This document shows positions 1 to 12,628 of a stretch of 64,000 nt of DNA, piece by piece (position 1 is the first letter of the stretch; every line of letters starts with the position of its first letter). Source of the stretch: Octopus sinensis (Eukaryota). The notes under the pieces were generated by a model. That model saw only the letters and a list, made by a program, of their open reading frames with translations, ran no database searches and was not told the origin of the DNA. Position numbers and translations under genes: made by a program. The stretch is from the NCBI RefSeq assembly GCF_006345805.1, contig NC_043005.1, positions 42,594,001 to 42,658,000 on the forward strand. Reading direction: 5' to 3'.

Positions 1-124
1 TTCATTTTTCAACAAAAAAAATTCTAAAAAATTACTCATGTAATTTACGCACCTACTAAAGTTTAGTTTTTATTTTTGCGTAGGAAAGTGCATAAATTAC
101 ATGGGTTTTTACTGTTTAGTCGCT

Positions 125-290
125 GGCCTGGTTGTACGGTTAGAAAGTTCGTTTCGTAACCAACATATTTACCGGTTCGTTACCACTGAGCGGTACTTTG
201 GACATGTCTTTTGTATTATAGTTCCGGGACAGCTAATACATTGCGCATGAATTTGGAAGAGGGAAATTACACGAAAACACGAATACACAC
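125..290 (+). mobile_element. Degenerate 5' half of tRNA-derived SINE family A
   Basis: Diverged match to the head of the family A copies elsewhere in the window (tggttgtacggttagaaag..ccggttcg..ccactg..ggacatgtctt), followed by a (CA)/(TA) microsatellite. Confidence 0.45.
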
Positions 291-315
291 ACACGTATAC
301 ATACATACATACATA

Positions 316-365
<50 letters not shown>

Positions 366-612
366 GTAGGATAAAATTTTTTTCGGAAAAAATTCTTTTC
401 CCCAAAAATTTTATCAATGGCCAGCATATTAAAAAATACCTTTAAAGGTTAAATTCATAAACAATTCATAAATAAGGGCAAACGAAAAAAATTTCAATGC
501 CAAATATGCCGAAAAATTGGACATGTTGTCCATAAACCATTAAGTTTTTCACAATCCGCACGCTACTCGAAATAAGGTCGACAGAAATTTCTAAAAAATT
601 CCATTATTACCA

Positions 613-665
613 TATCGGACCGATTTCAGGGTTAGCTTATAACAGCCCTCCCTTCGTCAGTGATA
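613..665 (-). ncRNA. Mirror copy of the family 1 hammerhead motif
   Basis: Reverse complement of 705-757 in the left arm of the palindrome. Confidence 0.6.
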
Positions 666-704
666 CATGTGGCATAAGAAATAAATGAATTCTTATGCCA
701 CATG

Positions 705-757
705 TATCACTGACGAAGGGAGGGCTGTTATAAGCTAACCCTGAAATCGGTCCGATA
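705..757 (+). ncRNA. Minimal type I hammerhead ribozyme-like motif (family 1)
   Basis: tatca-CTGACGA-aggg..ccct-GAAA-tcg-GTC-cgata: helix II aggg/ccct, near-palindromic helix III AUCGGU, GUC triplet; helix I has an A.C mismatch next to the core. Confidence 0.6.
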
Positions 758-908
758 TGGTAATCATGGAATTTTTTAGAAATTTCTGTCGACCTTTTTT
801 CGAGTAGCGTGTGGATTGTGAAAAACTTAATGGTTTATGGACAACATGTCCAATTTTTCGGCATATTTGGCATTGAAATTTTTTTCGTTTGCCCTTATTT
901 ATGAATTG

Positions 909-978
<70 letters not shown>

Positions 979-2362
979 TATACATACATTCACACGCACA
1001 GTCACACACATATATATATACATACACGCAGATATACACATTGTGTGTACGTATGTGTCTTTGTCTTTATCTGTCACTGCTGGACAACCAATGATGGCTT
1101 CCTTACCTCCGTAATTTAGTATTTGGTCCAAAAGAAATTGATAGAATAAGTACAAAGCTTCACAGAATAAATACTGAATAAATTTTATATTGAATAACCG
1201 TTCAAGCTTGTGCCCCAGCACGGCTACAGTCCAGTGGCCGAAAGACAAACGATTAAAAGGATAGAAGGCAATTTGTCAGCAGCATTTTTTATAAATAAAT
1301 GATACGAACGTAAAATTACCGCTCCATTTTATTGCCTTCCATCTCGCCATGTTGCATGGGATAAAGATCGCAGTTACTTATAAATTATCTGAAACGAATT
1401 TTTTCCATACATGTTAAAAGAAAATACTCGAATTGAGCAAATATTAAGAAAAAGGGAGAGAAATTACTTTCCCAGTCTCGTGGTTTGTTGTTTCTCAATA
1501 AAATTCTTTTGCTTTGAGATGAAATGGTAGTCTCTACTTGGTCGCTAAAAATGTTAGCGATAATAGCCGAATTCTCTGAAATAACACGTTATCATTGATG
1601 GAAGGATATTTTGACCAATGTAGTTCAAGATATGAAATAAAGACGAAACAATTTTAATTGAAATATATCTCTTCATAAGTCTACTCGTCAGGAATCGATC
1701 TGAGGTTAAGTAACAACAAATTTTTATTAGGTTTGGATAGGTTTTATTTTGTTATAATTTTTTAATAATAATTGTTATAATTTATTGACTGGAACAAGAT
1801 CGAAACAACTCCAGTAATCCTTCTCCTACCCTTCATTTTTCACTCACTCTTGCTAGACTTAGAGAAACTGTATTAAGCGGTTATGCATTCGGTCAACTTG
1901 TAGTTTCAAAGTTGATGTTTCTCTTAAGGCCACAATACTTATTCGTGTTATGAGAAGACACCTAGGAATATTTTACAATCCATTGTACTTCAAGCAAGGA
2001 AATAAACCGATTTCTCTGGAAATTTATATTCAATAGAATATAATTCCGAGTAAAATAATAAAATGTTCATAGTAATGACATAGTCTTAAAATGCTAAATT
2101 TTTATGGGCTCCAGTCTAGAGCTAACTATGTTATACGAGCTACCTCCGGGAATTGAAATAATGTTAATTAGATTATCTGTAATTCTTACTTTGGTTGATT
2201 TAATGATATTCTGATATGAAAATTGAGGATTCTCATCACCTTATTAACTCTTCAAAGATTTTAGTTTACTGGATCAAAGGTGATCACTCTGTTTTATTTT
2301 CAGTGTGTTTCTTAACAGATATCATGGCTTCGGGCGTTGAGTTTCCGGTGAACCTTGATATA

Positions 2363-2438
2363 AATGATTGTAGTGTGTGCGGGCGTGTTTGCGTGCCTGC
2401 CGCGCGTGTGTGTGTCTGCCGTGTGTGTGTATGTGGGC

Positions 2439-2481
<43 letters not shown>

Positions 2482-2545
2482 CGCGCGCGCGTGTGTGTAT
2501 GTGTGTGTGTGTGTGTGTGTGTGCGTGTGTGTGTGTGTGTGTGCT
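2363..2545. repeat. (GT)n/(GC) compound microsatellite
   Basis: Direct reading. Confidence 0.95.
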
Positions 2546-2959
2546 TTCGTGTGAGGTGTTGTTCAGAAACATACACAAAAACAGTATTAACAAGGTGTCA
2601 TATTTGAAATTATCACTTGAATATACTAATGCAATTTATATTATTCTAAGCTAGTTAATTAATGAGTGATCATAGAAGCTGAAAACATTAAACAATCCAA
2701 AATCTTTGTGAACTTCTGAGATGTGGAACAATGAGAGAGATAACTAGCTTTACTTACAATGTTTCTCGACTGAACAAAGGTATGATGCACTGGTATACAC
2801 ATATACATATAAAAATACAGAAATTCATATACCCTACTCCGCACACACACATACTGTTGCTTACTACGTATTATATATCTGTTCACATAAAAAATGTATT
2901 TCGTGTTAAAATTATCCTTGGGTTGGTTCCACCTTGTCACTATATCGAATTAGTGAAAA

Positions 2960-3690
2960 CGTGTGGCTTAATTGTTAGAGCATTTGTCTCATGATCTTAA
3001 AATCGTGAGTTCGATATTTGGAAATGCATTGTGTCACTGAGCAAGACACTTTATTTCCTGTGGCCACAATCCACTTGTTTCGAAAAAATAAGAAGCAGTT
3101 GTATCTCGAAGAGCCAGCCTTAACACATCCTGTGTCACACTTAATCTCCTTGAGAACTACTTTAAGGGTACACGCGTCTGAACTGGCAGATATGTTAGCA
3201 CGCCGGGCGAAATGCTTAGCGGTATTTCGTCTGCCGTTACGTTCTGAGTTCAAATTTCGCCGAGGTCGACTTTGCCTTTCATCCTTTCGGGGTTGATAAA
3301 AGTAAGTACCAGTTACGCACTGGGATCGATATAATCGACTTAATCCGTTTGTCTGTCTTTGTTTGTCCTCTCTGTGTTTAGCCCCTTGTGGGTAATAAAG
3401 AAATAGGTATTTCGTCTGCCGTTACGTTCTGAGTTCAAATTTCGCCGAGGTTGACTCTGCCTTTCATCCTTTCGGGGTTGATAAAAGTAAGTTCCAGTTA
3501 CGTACTGGGATCGATATAATCGACTTAATCCGTTTGTCTGTCTTTGTTTGTTCTCTCTGTGTTTAGCCCCTTGTGGGTAGTAAAGAAATAGGTACACGTG
3601 TCTGAACTATTCAGCCACTTGCATCTTAATTTCGTGAGGAGGATTCCTTTGTCGTCGTAACCGACGGAGCGCTGGTTCATATTGGATTAC
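2960..3690 (+). mobile_element. tRNA-derived SINE (family E) interrupted by a nested family B SINE
   Basis: A/B-box-like head (gtggcttaattgttagagc..gagttcgat), ctgagcaagacact block; body resumes after 3608. Confidence 0.6.
3185..3590 (+). mobile_element. SINE family B (Meta-domain-like core), dimer of 185-bp units, 18-bp TSD
   Basis: TSD ggtacacgYgtctgaact at 3167-3184 and 3591-3608; units start at 3221 and 3406; B box gttcaaatt; core gcctttcatcctttcggggttgataaaagtaagtaccag resembles the MetaSINE domain as I recall it. Confidence 0.9.
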
Positions 3691-4139
3691 ATTTCTCGAT
3701 CACTTGGAGGTATGTAGGAAGTCCTGGTTAGATTATGTTTCACTAAAAATGCTTACGTACTAAGGACCTGGAATAGATATTGAGTATATCCTGAGACTTT
3801 AGGTGATGGATATATCAGTAGCTAAGGTAGTAGAGAGTTTAGAGCCTCCATTTGAAAACGAGCACAGGTGAGCCAGGTAGCGACGCTTGAAATCATATGA
3901 AAACTTCCTCATATCTGCATGCCTGCCTGCCTGCCCCATTCATTTAAGATTTATTTAAATGTCGAACTTGTTCTTTTGTCCTTCTTGACTGCATCTTTTA
4001 CCGATGCGATGGATTTTTCTATTCTATACGTGCAAATATAAATTTTAAAGATCCAGCGTTTTGTATTTGTGTCATTACATTAAGTGTATCAGCATTCACT
4101 TGATTATATAACGGTCCGGATGTTGTGTGCATGAATGTG

Positions 4140-4170
<31 letters not shown>

Positions 4171-4525
4171 TGTGTGTGTGTGTGTGCGTGACCTTAATTG
4201 TATGTAATTAATAATATTATTCTTACCATCAAAATCTGTCTTGAGTCTTATTTTAAAAAAAGGTTTCTATTTTATGACAGCTATAAGCAGACGAACACGC
4301 GCACGAACAACGCACGCGCGCACACACATACATACAGACACACACAATGCACTTACATACATAACATGCACATATGTTTATACATATACATACGCAAATA
4401 TATATGTTTTGGTGTAAATATGGTTATCTAACTGTTATTTTTAATACGTTCATGCTGGTAGATGTAATACAATATCAGTCATAATAGACACATTTTTCAT
4501 ATATATATATATATATGGATGGATG

Positions 4526-4560
<35 letters not shown>

Positions 4561-4639
4561 TTATATCAAAGCAATTAACATAGCAGTTTTGCACGGAGAG
4601 CAGTAATATGGCAAATTACCTTATCATATAGGATGAAAT

Positions 4640-5125
4640 GATTGTGGATTAATAATGGTTAAATACATCGTCTGTGAGTATGAAATTCCTCCTCTTACCG
4701 CTGGAAATTTAAATCTTCACTACGGATTAATTCACCTTTTCTGTGAAGCTAATAAGTTTTTAAAAACCTGTGATAAGTCTGTGCATCCTCCTCCTCATAT
4801 CTCTGGAAATTTAAATCTACACTATGGATTAATTCATCTTCTCTTCGAAAGTAATAAGTTTTTAAAAATCTGTGATAAGACTGTGCATCATCATTAAGGA
4901 ACTTTGGAAAACTGTTTACAACCTATATCTGCCTTTAATGGAATTATCTCCAATATTTCATGAGTATAACCTCACCCACTAAGATGTCTAGAGAACTCAT
5001 ATGTATTTTAGCTGATGAGTACGGGACACTTTTATCTGCTGCAATTTTTGCAACTTGTAATAAAGCCTGTCTTTGTATGAAACAATTGTACTAAAAACTA
5101 ATCCATTCTTGTTGCTTCTTTCTCG
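4640..5125 (+). mobile_element. Solo Penelope-like pLTR fragment, same family as the 34426-38525 arms, with a 102-bp internal duplication
   Basis: Clear similarity to 38160-38525; same 3' end ttctttctcg followed by (TA)n. Confidence 0.85.
5006..5096 (+). ncRNA. Type I hammerhead ribozyme (family 2)
   Basis: Helix I ttttag/ctaaaa perfect; CTGATGA 5012-5018; long helix II; GAAA 5079-5082; palindromic helix III ACAATTGT; GUA triplet 5088-5090. Confidence 0.85.
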
Positions 5126-5137
5126 TATATATCTTTA

Positions 5138-5507
5138 TCTCTCTATATATAAACGGCAGTTTGTCTGTGCGTGTTTCTGTGTGTCTGTTTGCTTGTACCC
5201 TCACCCTGACCACGGCTTTCAACCGATTCTGATGAAACTTGACACACACATAGCCCAATGTCATAATTCGAAACTAACGCAGCGAAAATTTTGAAAAGTT
5301 CCCCCAGTTCTGAAAAAAATCAATAAAATCGACATGGGGTCGAGAATCAGAAACAAACCACAGACTGTCTAGGGGACGCAACTCAACCTTTTTTAACTCA
5401 AAAAAAATTTACCATAATTTTTTTGCTATTTTTTGGCTATAACTCTCTAAAAATGCTTTATAGTTATTTCCCTTACAAACCTGAGCAACGCCGGGCGATA
5501 CTGCTAG
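5138..5507 (+). mobile_element. Non-autonomous Helitron
   Basis: 5' TC(TC)TATATA start, 3' hairpin cctgagcaacgccggg then CTAG|T; homologous copies at 8237 and 40835. Confidence 0.85.
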
Positions 5508-6316
5508 TATATATATAATCGCTAACATAAAAAAGTGAATCGATAGAGTGAGTACCACCATACATAAAAGAATTCAATAGGTACCTCTGAGTCTAATAGA
5601 GAAGCACAACATAATCACAGAAAATAAACACACACTAAACAGGAAAGCTGAGATTATCTCAAACTACAAACACGAAAATAAATTCATCTTCAAAAATTCT
5701 ATGATATTCAAAACTAATAAAGCAAATTTCAGGTACATACACATATTGACACATACCTACCCAAATATACAAGCACCACACCCTACACAAATAGAACACA
5801 TAGTCACACAAAATTTGGGAGTGACGCGAATCGAACTACAAACCACCAACTCTGGTTATACGTACAGTATACAACATGTGCACATACACAAAGATAAATA
5901 ACAAGCTTTTTTATCAAAACATACATAGATACAAACATGCACTCTCAGATGTAAACTAACGCACCATTAACTGATACAATAGGCCAAATGAAATAAAAAA
6001 ATGTGCGAGCATCCACATATACGCGCACACACACACATAGAGTATGTCTTTATGCACTTTACTCGTGACGAAAATCAAGACAAAACACACTTTAGCAATG
6101 GTACTCACAAGAAATCACTGCTAGGAACCCCAGTCCTTTTTCTGAGGTGTGAGGTAGACTTAACTGGGGGATAAACAACTTTAATTAGTCCAACAAATGA
6201 ATTCCATATTCCCCCATAAATTCAATAAAAATAAATAATATAAAATAGAACTATCCAAAATGCAAAATGCGCTTACACACACAACACATGCGCGCGCACA
6301 CACGCACGCACACACG

Positions 6317-6348
<32 letters not shown>

Positions 6349-7428
6349 AACAAACACACACACACACGAACAAACAAACACAAACTGGTCTTTAAACCTT
6401 GACCAACATTAAATGAAGATGTTTGTTTTGTGGTCGAGTCTGTTTCTGTCATTGGACGGGGATGTTTATGGAAGAATTGACCAAGAGACAAACTACTCTA
6501 ATTAGTTTAACAGATAAATTCAGTATCGTCCCCCCCCCCATCCACGAACCTAATAAAAATGAAAATAAAACTACAGATCAATATAGAAACATCTAAATCG
6601 ACACACAAGGAAAAATCTTTAAATCACTTAACCTTGACCAAAACAAAATTCAAAATACACATTTGCACAGCTACTCATAAGAAACCATCCATGTATGAAT
6701 ACTAATATCAATATCCATGAAATACGAAACATATTTCCAATGAAGGAAATGCACAGATCAAGAAGCAGCATAATAAATTTAAAACAACAATACAGAAACA
6801 ACACAATAAAAACAAATATTTGTCCACTCAAGAACCCGCCCCCCCACTCCCAGCTAATCAACAAATGCTGTAAAGATACACCATCAGATATAAAAAATTA
6901 TCCTACATCGGGCTATATGAGTTTTCTCCTAAATAGCGCAATGGTGTGATATCGAGTCACGAGATAAATATTCTGCTTACTTCAACAATACTCTCTGCTG
7001 CATGTGTTGAGTATTCCTTCGTTCATTAAAATAACTGTTTTTTTCCAGATGTTCTGAAAGAACTCCGTAGTTTTCCACAAAAAAACTTAACTAAAAATTG
7101 CACACAACCGAATTTAACCTACTATAGGGCATGAAGCGCAATTTCTGATTTTCCGGTTTATCGCATGCTCAACCGAACACGCACACACATATACAACAAG
7201 TGCGATGTAACTTGGTTCGACAATTGTCTCTTGACAGCCACAATAGTTGAAAGACGTGTCATTATATACTGTCTTTAAATTTTCTCGCATTTTTCAACAA
7301 ATGCTTATTGCAATCTAGATTTTCTTCCTAATAATTTGAACTGAAGTTTAAAATTTTCCTATATTTTAAATGTCTTATTTTTTACGAAAACGCTGCTTCC
7401 ACATATTTTGGCAAACCAGGAAGTATTA

Positions 7429-7493
<65 letters not shown>

Positions 7494-8236
7494 TGTATGT
7501 ATGAAAATTGCAGTTTAGTGCCACCATCCGACTTTACATTTAACTTCAATAATAATGCACCTTATTTTAAAATTCATTTTTGCGGTTTCGTGCGTAAATT
7601 AAATATAGAGTAACTGACCACATATGAGCGTTTATAGATAGATATACACATAAACACACATATATGTATATACTTATATATTATTTATATTATTATATGA
7701 TTGAACGTCACGCATCCTCTTCCAAGTAAGTTTTATCTTAATTCTGTTGCGCTCTAAACGATCTTTTTACTCTTACGTTTTTCTTTCTTTCTGTCTCTTA
7801 TTCTTTTACCTCCTCTTCTCCCACTATTCTATCCTATTACTCTGTCACTCTCTGTCACTCACTCCTCCTCCCTTGCACCCATGGCTCCCACGTGATCATC
7901 AGCCATATACGTAGATAGACATACATACATCCACACACATATACCTATATACACACATAAATACACACACACATACATATATCTGTGTGTGTGTTCGTGT
8001 GCGTGTGTGTGTGTGTGCCGCATATATGCCTTAAGTTGTTTCAGTTAAATCTGAAAATGTTGACGAAATAAGCTGTCGGTTAACTCTTAGCGACAAGAAA
8101 ATTTAAATTCATAGATATGTCAAAGTGATATTCACACACATAGTGTTTCTTCTAGAGGGCATGCAGAAACAATTTCAGTTCGAATAACTTTTATTTACCT
8201 TACAGCCGCAGAAGATTCTGTCGTACTTTATATACA

Positions 8237-8636
8237 TCTCTCTCTATATAAACGGCAGTTTGTCTGTCTGTGTGGCTGTCAGGTTGTACCCTCACCCTGA
8301 CCACGGCTTTCAACCGATTCTAATGAAACTTGACACACACATAGCCCAACGTCATAATTCAAAACTAACGCAGCGAAAATTTTGAAAATTTCCCCCAGTT
8401 CTGAAAAAAATCGATAAATTCGACATGGGGTCGAGAATCTAAGCTTTTTATATGCAACACATTTTCTGTCGGGAGACAGCTAGGAACATCGTATACATAG
8501 AAGTATTAGAGTGAAGAGAAGACATTGCAACCTACACATGCGCCTTCGTTCCCTAGAGGGAAAGAACTAGATTGGGATTAGTCGTTGCCTACTAGGGGCT
8601 CTTACATACCCGGGCAACGCCGGGCTATGCTGCTAG
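8237..8636 (+). mobile_element. Non-autonomous Helitron with the same termini but a different internal 3' half
   Basis: A|TC start, hairpin cccgggcaacgccggg 8609-8624, CTAG|T at 8633-8636. Confidence 0.85.
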
Positions 8637-9059
8637 TCCAGTTATAAAAACACAACTTTGTCCCTTGTATAAAATATGTTTATTTTAATACATTTCTTAT
8701 AACTTGCTTTAATTTTTGTCCATTTTATATTAATTTATGTTTCCAACATTATATTAATTTATGTTTCTGCAAGCATTTCCTTTATGGAGCTTTTGTTTTG
8801 TCTATAGAAATCAATATATGATGAACCTGAAGTCTTTAATTTTCATATGTACTTCCAGTATTTATTTATTTTATTCTCATGTTACTAAAAAAACAACATA
8901 CGATTTAGAACCTATAAAATACAGCTATATATATATTCTTTCTCAGCAGTTTATATTTTCAGAGAACATCAATATAACCAATTCTTCCTTTTCGTCCCAT
9001 TTATACCATTCTGCTTAATTTTTTATGGTTCGTTGATACAAATAAATCAATAAAACTTA

Positions 9060-10250
9060 CAACTGTAATTTCATAAGCCAATGCCTCCCCAAAGTTTCTG
9101 GTAACTTTGTATAGTTAATACTATTTTTTAATGATTCACTCATGCCATATATTTCCCAGACTCATCAGTTTGTCATTTCTACAAATTTTATGTTATACCA
9201 AATCAACTTCCTTTTAATTTACCACACCATTCATTTGATTCAAGAGTGTTGTCTTTAAATTTGTTTTCTTTATTTTTGTACAATTTTTTTTGTGACTAAC
9301 GTTAGTATCTTCCGTTTTACTCGCAAAAATAAATCTTCCTTAGTCTGAGCAATCTTGAAGCTGTGAATTTTGTCATCATTCACAATATTTATTTCTTCAA
9401 GACATAGAAACAGTATACATTTTTCTTCTGGCGTTTTCATTATGTTAAGTAGAATTTCTCTTTTCTTTCAAATACCCTTTTACTTCTGATAAAAACCGAA
9501 ATTTGTCTCACTTTGGTATCATGCCTTCTTGCAGATTAATTTTCTTGAGCATGAAATCAACCAAACTGGAGTTTTTTACTCTGTTATTCCCTCTATACCG
9601 TTCTTAGTTAGGGAAGTGTGCGATTTATCATATTTATTTTGTCACATTAAATTTCACTGTTTAATAAAATCCCTCACGTTGTATATTAAAGACACCAGTT
9701 AATTCATTTAGTGACAGGACTCAACAAAACTTAGAGCATACATAAATATAATGATTTCTTACTTTGCTTGTTGTAGTTTTTTATCGCCTCGGCAGAGGAA
9801 TAATAACGAAGAGAGTGGATACAATAAATATCTTGAATTTCTAACCGTAGTTTATTGTTTAAAATATTCCAAGTATTCATTCAAGCCCTTGAATGTTTTT
9901 GGATATTATAATAACGAAACCATGTTATTAACTTTTGGTAGCTTCTCAACTTCTAGTTGTGTGTCTCTGTCAATAACAACAATGTTGTGAATTGATATCC
10001 ATTCACTATTAATTAGATTGCGGAAGTTTCCAAATATTACAGCTGATAAGGCCTGTTGCTCAGTGCAATAAAAGTAAGTAAACAGCAGAATCTACTCTTC
10101 GTTTAGTAACAATAATAAAAATGGGTGGAATATCTATAAACCTTTTAATTGCTCTTGTGATAACTCCATGATGTCTTTTGAGTCGTCTAGAGAAAGCAAT
10201 TACTTCACACCGCCGAGGCGATCTTGAAACATCTTTTTTCATATTTCATA
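9060..10250 (-). pseudogene. Possible highly decayed Tc1/Tc3-like transposase
   Basis: Scattered fragments in the expected order: HTH-like RRLKRHHGVITRAIKR, TTVRN, (Y)WHE, KLWGGIG; many stops; no TIRs found. Confidence 0.3.
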
Positions 10251-10419
10251 TGTTGGTTCTACAGAGAAAAATTCTCTCTCTAAACACTCTAAAAAATGTC
10301 GACCTCAACCCCAGATGATTTTGAAATACTAATATAATAAATGCAGAATCTAATTTCCGTGTGTCAGTGTGTCACACTTCGACCTCCTCTGTCACTATTC
10401 ATTGACACTCTTACTCGGT

Positions 10420-10433
10420 GAGGGCAGTGACGA

Positions 10434-10496
<63 letters not shown>

Positions 10497-10960
10497 GAGA
10501 GGCAGAGAAAGAAAAGAGAGGTAGGAAAAGAGAGACAAAGAAATTTAGGGAGAGTTGATGATGTTTTTATTAAAAGTAGTAGTGTTGATGGTGGCAGTGG
10601 GAGTAATAATAAGAGAGAGACAAAGAGTGGGTATGTGAGAGAAAGAGGAACTGAACACTGAACTAACACATACATTTAGCCTTTTTTGTGATGGTAATGG
10701 GTGATAGCAATAGTATGAGTTGTTGTTGTGATAGAGGCGGAGGCGGCGGTGATGATGGTGGTGATGGTGGTAGCCGAGGCTCTGAGGGATGAAGTGAGAG
10801 TAAGCGATGTGAAAGAGAGCGGTGATGGTGATGGAGGGGAAGGCGGATAAGTCAAAGGTATTGATGGCGGTGGCGTCAGAAGTCTGAATGGTGTGTGTAT
10901 GGCAGATGTGGTGGCGATGGTGGTGGTACTGTTGCTTATGATGCAGCTTTGCAAATTATA
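10420..10960. repeat. (GA)n microsatellite followed by GGT/GAT-rich low-complexity tract
   Basis: Direct reading. Confidence 0.85.
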
Positions 10961-11256
10961 AGTCGACAAATTATATCATTGTTTTCATTACTTAAGTCCC
11001 CTACGAGTCAGTAAGTCTTTTTTTTACTTTATACTACATAGGACCTAAAGTACTCCACATCTCTGATCACTGTAAGTTGTGTGCCTGCGCTGAAAAACAA
11101 TTGATAGGTGTCTTTTATCCTTGTTTATGATCACGTACTCAGACATTTTTACATTGAGAAGCGAGCGGCATCATTCTCAGAGGATATTAATAAACCTTAT
11201 GAATCTCTCACTTGCTGACTCGTGAATGCAATATCATCGGTATAGTAGAAGTCAGA

Positions 11257-11500
11257 AAAAGGCGGTGAGCTGGTATAAAGGCGGTGAGCTGGCAGAAACG
11301 TTAGCACGCCGGGCGAAATGCTTTGTGGTATTTCGTCTACCGCTACGTTCTGAGTTCAAACTCCGCCGAGGCCGACTTTGCCTTTCATCCTTTCGGGGTC
11401 GATTAAATAAGTACTGGGGTCGATATAATCGACTTAATCCGTTTGTCTGTCCTTGTTTGTCCTCTCTCTGTTTAGCCCCTTGTGGGTAGTAAAGAAATAT
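11257..11500 (+). mobile_element. SINE family B monomer with duplicated head and 17-bp TSD
   Basis: TSD gtatagtRgaagtcaga at 11240-11256 and 11501-11517; aaaggcggtgagctgg present twice. Confidence 0.9.
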
Positions 11501-12233
11501 GTATAGTGGAAGTCAGAGATACAGGATCTGCTAATGTCTTGATTGCCTTTGCTTGATAAGAAGACTTTGCGCTGGACAGCCTTGAGACGTTGTCCAAGGA
11601 TGTAGTCTATTACAATCATACAAAGTAAAGGAGATAATGTGTCTCTGAAGGATTGTTGTTGTTATTGTTGGAAGCGCCATAGTTGAAATGTGTGTGCTTT
11701 GTACGGATTTTCGTACATGATGTTGATGGCTTTGACAATCTCACCTGGGTTACTGAAGTTCAACAGAATATGTTACATCTGATTGCAGAGTTTTTTGATG
11801 CAAATGCTCTCTAAGTGATAAAGTATCAGCGAGACACCATATTAAGCAAATTAGCTAAATATGCTAAATATGAATGGAATTTACAGTTGTAATCCGAAAT
11901 AAATTCATCAGTCTTTGAAACAGACTTAAGAACAAGAATAGCAGTTTTTATATAACACCCTATTTTCAACAGAGAAATTGCACTGAAATTGCAGCAACCA
12001 TATAACTGAAACCAATCACTGCCAGCAGAGATATAGCACATAAATTGTTCCCCTAAGGAAGGAAAGAAGACATTCACCCTAGGTCCTTGTGAGATAATCT
12101 AAAGACGACTTGAAGAAAGCAGTTTGTTAACATCTATCCGTGTCTAAAGTCGCAGATAATGAAGCACGAGAAGTACACAGCAAATCCCCAAACTGAAGAA
12201 TTGGACCATCTTCACTGTGAAAATAAGCATGCC

Positions 12234-12628
12234 GCAGGAGTGGCTGTGAGGTAAGTAGCTAGCTAACCAACCACATGGTTCCGGGTTCAGTCCCACTGCG
12301 TGGTATCTTGGGCAAGTGTCTTCTGCTATAGCCCCGGGCCGACCAAAGCCTTGTGAGAAGATTTGGTAGACGGAAACTGAAAGAAGCCTGTCGTGTATAT
12401 ATATATATATATGTATGTGTTTGTATGTTTGTGTTTGTCTCCCTAGCATTGCTTGACAACCGATGCTGGTGTGTTTACGTCCCCGTCACTTAGCGGTTCG
12501 GCAAAAGAGACCGATAGAATAAGTACTGGGCTTACAAAGAATAAGTCCCGGGGTCGATTGGCTCGACTGAAGGTGGTGCTCCAGTATGGCTGCAGTCAAA
12601 TGACTGAAACAAGTAAACGAGTAAAAGT
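12234..12628 (+). mobile_element. Full-length tRNA-derived SINE family A
   Basis: Head gcaggagtggctgtg..ggttccgggttcagtccc, internal (TA)/(GT) microsatellite, 3' cagtcaaatgactgaaac hairpin and gtaaaaga tail. Confidence 0.9.

Larger units (their letters stand above)
461..909. repeat. 449-bp near-perfect palindrome: 220-bp arms (461-680, 690-909) with a 9-bp spacer; probable inverted PLE terminal fragment
   Basis: Arms are reverse complements with 3 mismatches seen by eye; each arm carries an HHR-like core. Confidence 0.95.

Noticed and set aside
461-909. Classification as a DNA-transposon MITE
   Set aside because: No TSD or recognisable TIR family; HHR cores and polarity match the PLE inverted-end structures elsewhere in the window
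169-2654. ORF-track entries rich in [12 protein letters not shown] (also throughout the window, and YLSI types from 21 kb on)
   Set aside because: Translations of (TA)n, (GT)n and (ATCT)n microsatellites, which lack stops in some frames; not proteins
3221-3590. Repeat-like arrays (185-bp and 32-bp units) as possible CRISPR arrays
   Set aside because: Units are contiguous with no unique spacers, derive from a SINE, and the context is eukaryotic
9140-9170. CTGATGA..GAAA on the - strand (also lone CTGANGA at about 13501, 14681 and 40283)
   Set aside because: No helix II or helix I pairing; expected by chance
12234-12310. tRNA-like heads as tRNA genes
   Set aside because: A/B boxes are present but no complete cloverleaf; each continues into a SINE body
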